A stretch of DNA of 64,000 bases from Azolla caroliniana (lineage: Eukaryota; Plantae; Polypodiophyta): the NCBI GenBank assembly GCA_043228905.1, contig JBHGNT010000018.1, positions 6,200,001 to 6,264,000 on the forward strand, in the 5' to 3' direction. Shown here in pieces: positions 62,301 to 64,000 of this stretch. Within the stretch, counting starts at the first letter, position 1. Each line of letters starts with the position of its first letter. The notes beneath the pieces are model-generated. The model did not search any database, was not told the DNA's origin, and worked only from the letters and a program-made list of their open reading frames with translations. A program made the translations under genes and the position numbers.

Positions 62301-64000
62301 CGATCCACGTCAGGGTATGTGATGACCCATGCATGGGGAGGCGGGTCGTGGCAATCACGACTGCAAAAGTCTGTAGCCTTGTCGACTACAGACGCAAAGT
62401 ATATGGCAGCGGTAGAGGCCGGCAAAGAGCTGATCTGGATGAGAAATTTTCTCAATGAGCTAGGGATGAAGCAGAGGGAGTTCTTGCTTCACTGTGACAG
62501 CCAGAGTGCCATACATCTAGGCAAGAATGCTGCTTACCACTCCCGAACCAAGCACATACAGAGGAGGTATCACTGGTTGCGGGAGAGAGTCGAAGAAGGA
62601 GAGTTTTCCCTAGTGAAGATCCATACTGACGAAAATGGATCTGACATGCTCACGAAGAACCTACCTACAGATAGACTTAGAATCTCTCGACAAAAGATAG
62701 GATTGACTGACTCCCTCCCACAGGAGTGAAGGGGGAGTTTGTTGGGGATATGTCCCTCCAATGGGAGGAACCGACTGTTTGGAAGTGGCCGACAGTCAAA
62801 GAGTCGAAGGAACTGACTGTTCGGAAGTAGCTGACGGTCGAAGAGTCGACAACAGAGAGTCGATTGTTTATTATTATTATAGCAATAATAATTTTTATGA
62901 TATGTGGCAGTGGCTACAATTGTAAATGGTCAATACGATGTATCAATATATATACATCTAGGGCAAAAATAGTGCAGTGTGAGAGACAGTAGAGGTCGAG
63001 AGAGAAAGCAAGCATGAGAGAGATGCGAGTGAGAGAGAGAGCAAGCGGCGCCATATCTGTGTGTGCAACAGTAGACGCCAAGAGCCTTGCGCAGCTGATA
63101 CACTCGGACGGAGTGTTGTAATCTTTCGATTGTACATCCACTATATAGTGAAGTTCTGTTTACTCGTGATTTTCTTCCACTTTAGGGTTTCCACATAAAA
63201 CTCTGTGTACTCTGTCGTTGTGTACCTATGTTGTGTATTTTCAGCATCATTTGATCTTGTGATTTTACGAATCGATTTCCATCACTTTGACTAGTTTTTT
63301 AAACATATGTTGTTTGGTTATTGGCCTAATTTCATAATTCATGCCTTGTCTTTTGTTGTGAAGCTTTATACTTCTCATTGTACTTGTACTCAAGTGCATT
63401 GTAAAAGTGGCGAACTTGTTCCGTCCCTTTGTGTTTACATTTTCAATGTTATTTTCAAAAAATATGCAAGCCTCATGTGTAAGAATCTTAATTAACATTA
63501 TGCAAGAGGAAGAAGTAAGAAAGAACAAGGTACCATACCACCCAACCACCCCTTAGCAAAAGTGAGAGATAGATCGAGTCCTCATCAATGTCCCACACCA
63601 CCAAGTTCAGACATGGATTGTACCTTGGGTATGAAGGAGGAACACGTGTATATAGCTAAAGCTTTATCGCAATGTCAAAGTCCGCATCTAATAACTCTCC
63701 CCTTCATGAAAGTAATTGGCCTTCTTATATAGGCTCAAACCCTAGGCCCTCATTTGTTTCACACTTTACTTTAATAGAAGTGTTGAAGTGATAAAACACT
63801 AAAAAATTATCTCCCACCGTAAGGTTGAGAATAACTCAATTCCTACTAACCTTGAGGTTATATAATTACACTTCATTATACTATATGTTTATGCTTTGCA
63901 TGATCATGCTTCTCAAGCACTTAAGTTAGCTTGGGGAGGTCATGTATAAGGTCATATGCACCTTCAACAACATCAAGAAACTCGGATGCCCATTTCTTGG

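Larger units (their letters stand above)
57182..63284 (+). mobile_element. Degenerate copia (Tnt1/Tork-like), 5' LTR truncated
   Basis: 5' LTR remnant 57182-57364, PBS 57368-57379, gag-PR-IN-RT-RH remnants, PPT 62731-62737, 3' LTR 62740-63284. Confidence 0.92.

Noticed and set aside
63285-64000. Possible further LTR or promoter (TATA and telo-box-like motifs near 63725-63745)
   Set aside because: No boundaries, PBS/PPT or second copy are visible.

Overview
This is eukaryotic land-plant genomic DNA. The element mix suggests a seed-free plant such as a fern or lycophyte, which is an inference. Most of the window is nested transposable elements around one intact host gene, a 3-exon UBP22/USP22-like ubiquitin protease (34691-36872, +). 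The retroelements are a very young, intact Ty1/copia (<1-5483, -), several decayed copias and solo LTRs, two chromodomain Ty3/gypsy copies of one family, a further gypsy fragment and a 5'-truncated L1 with its TSD. Two hAT MITE copies are also present. The least ordinary items are: (i) a hAT-type element with perfect TIRs and TSD whose cargo is an uninterrupted RTEX-like reverse transcriptase ORF; (ii) a Sola/DUF7869-like transposase with a possible BAH/Tudor-like tail, cut at its GHTH motif by the young copia; (iii) a tiny gypsy derivative with a tRNA-Ala PBS, a 4-bp TSD and an arthropod-like integrase fragment; (iv) a chromovirus whose 5' LTR is replaced by inverted LTR pieces while the TSD is preserved; (v) telomere repeats patched into an RT gene. 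All family assignments come from motif recognition by eye, not from database searches.
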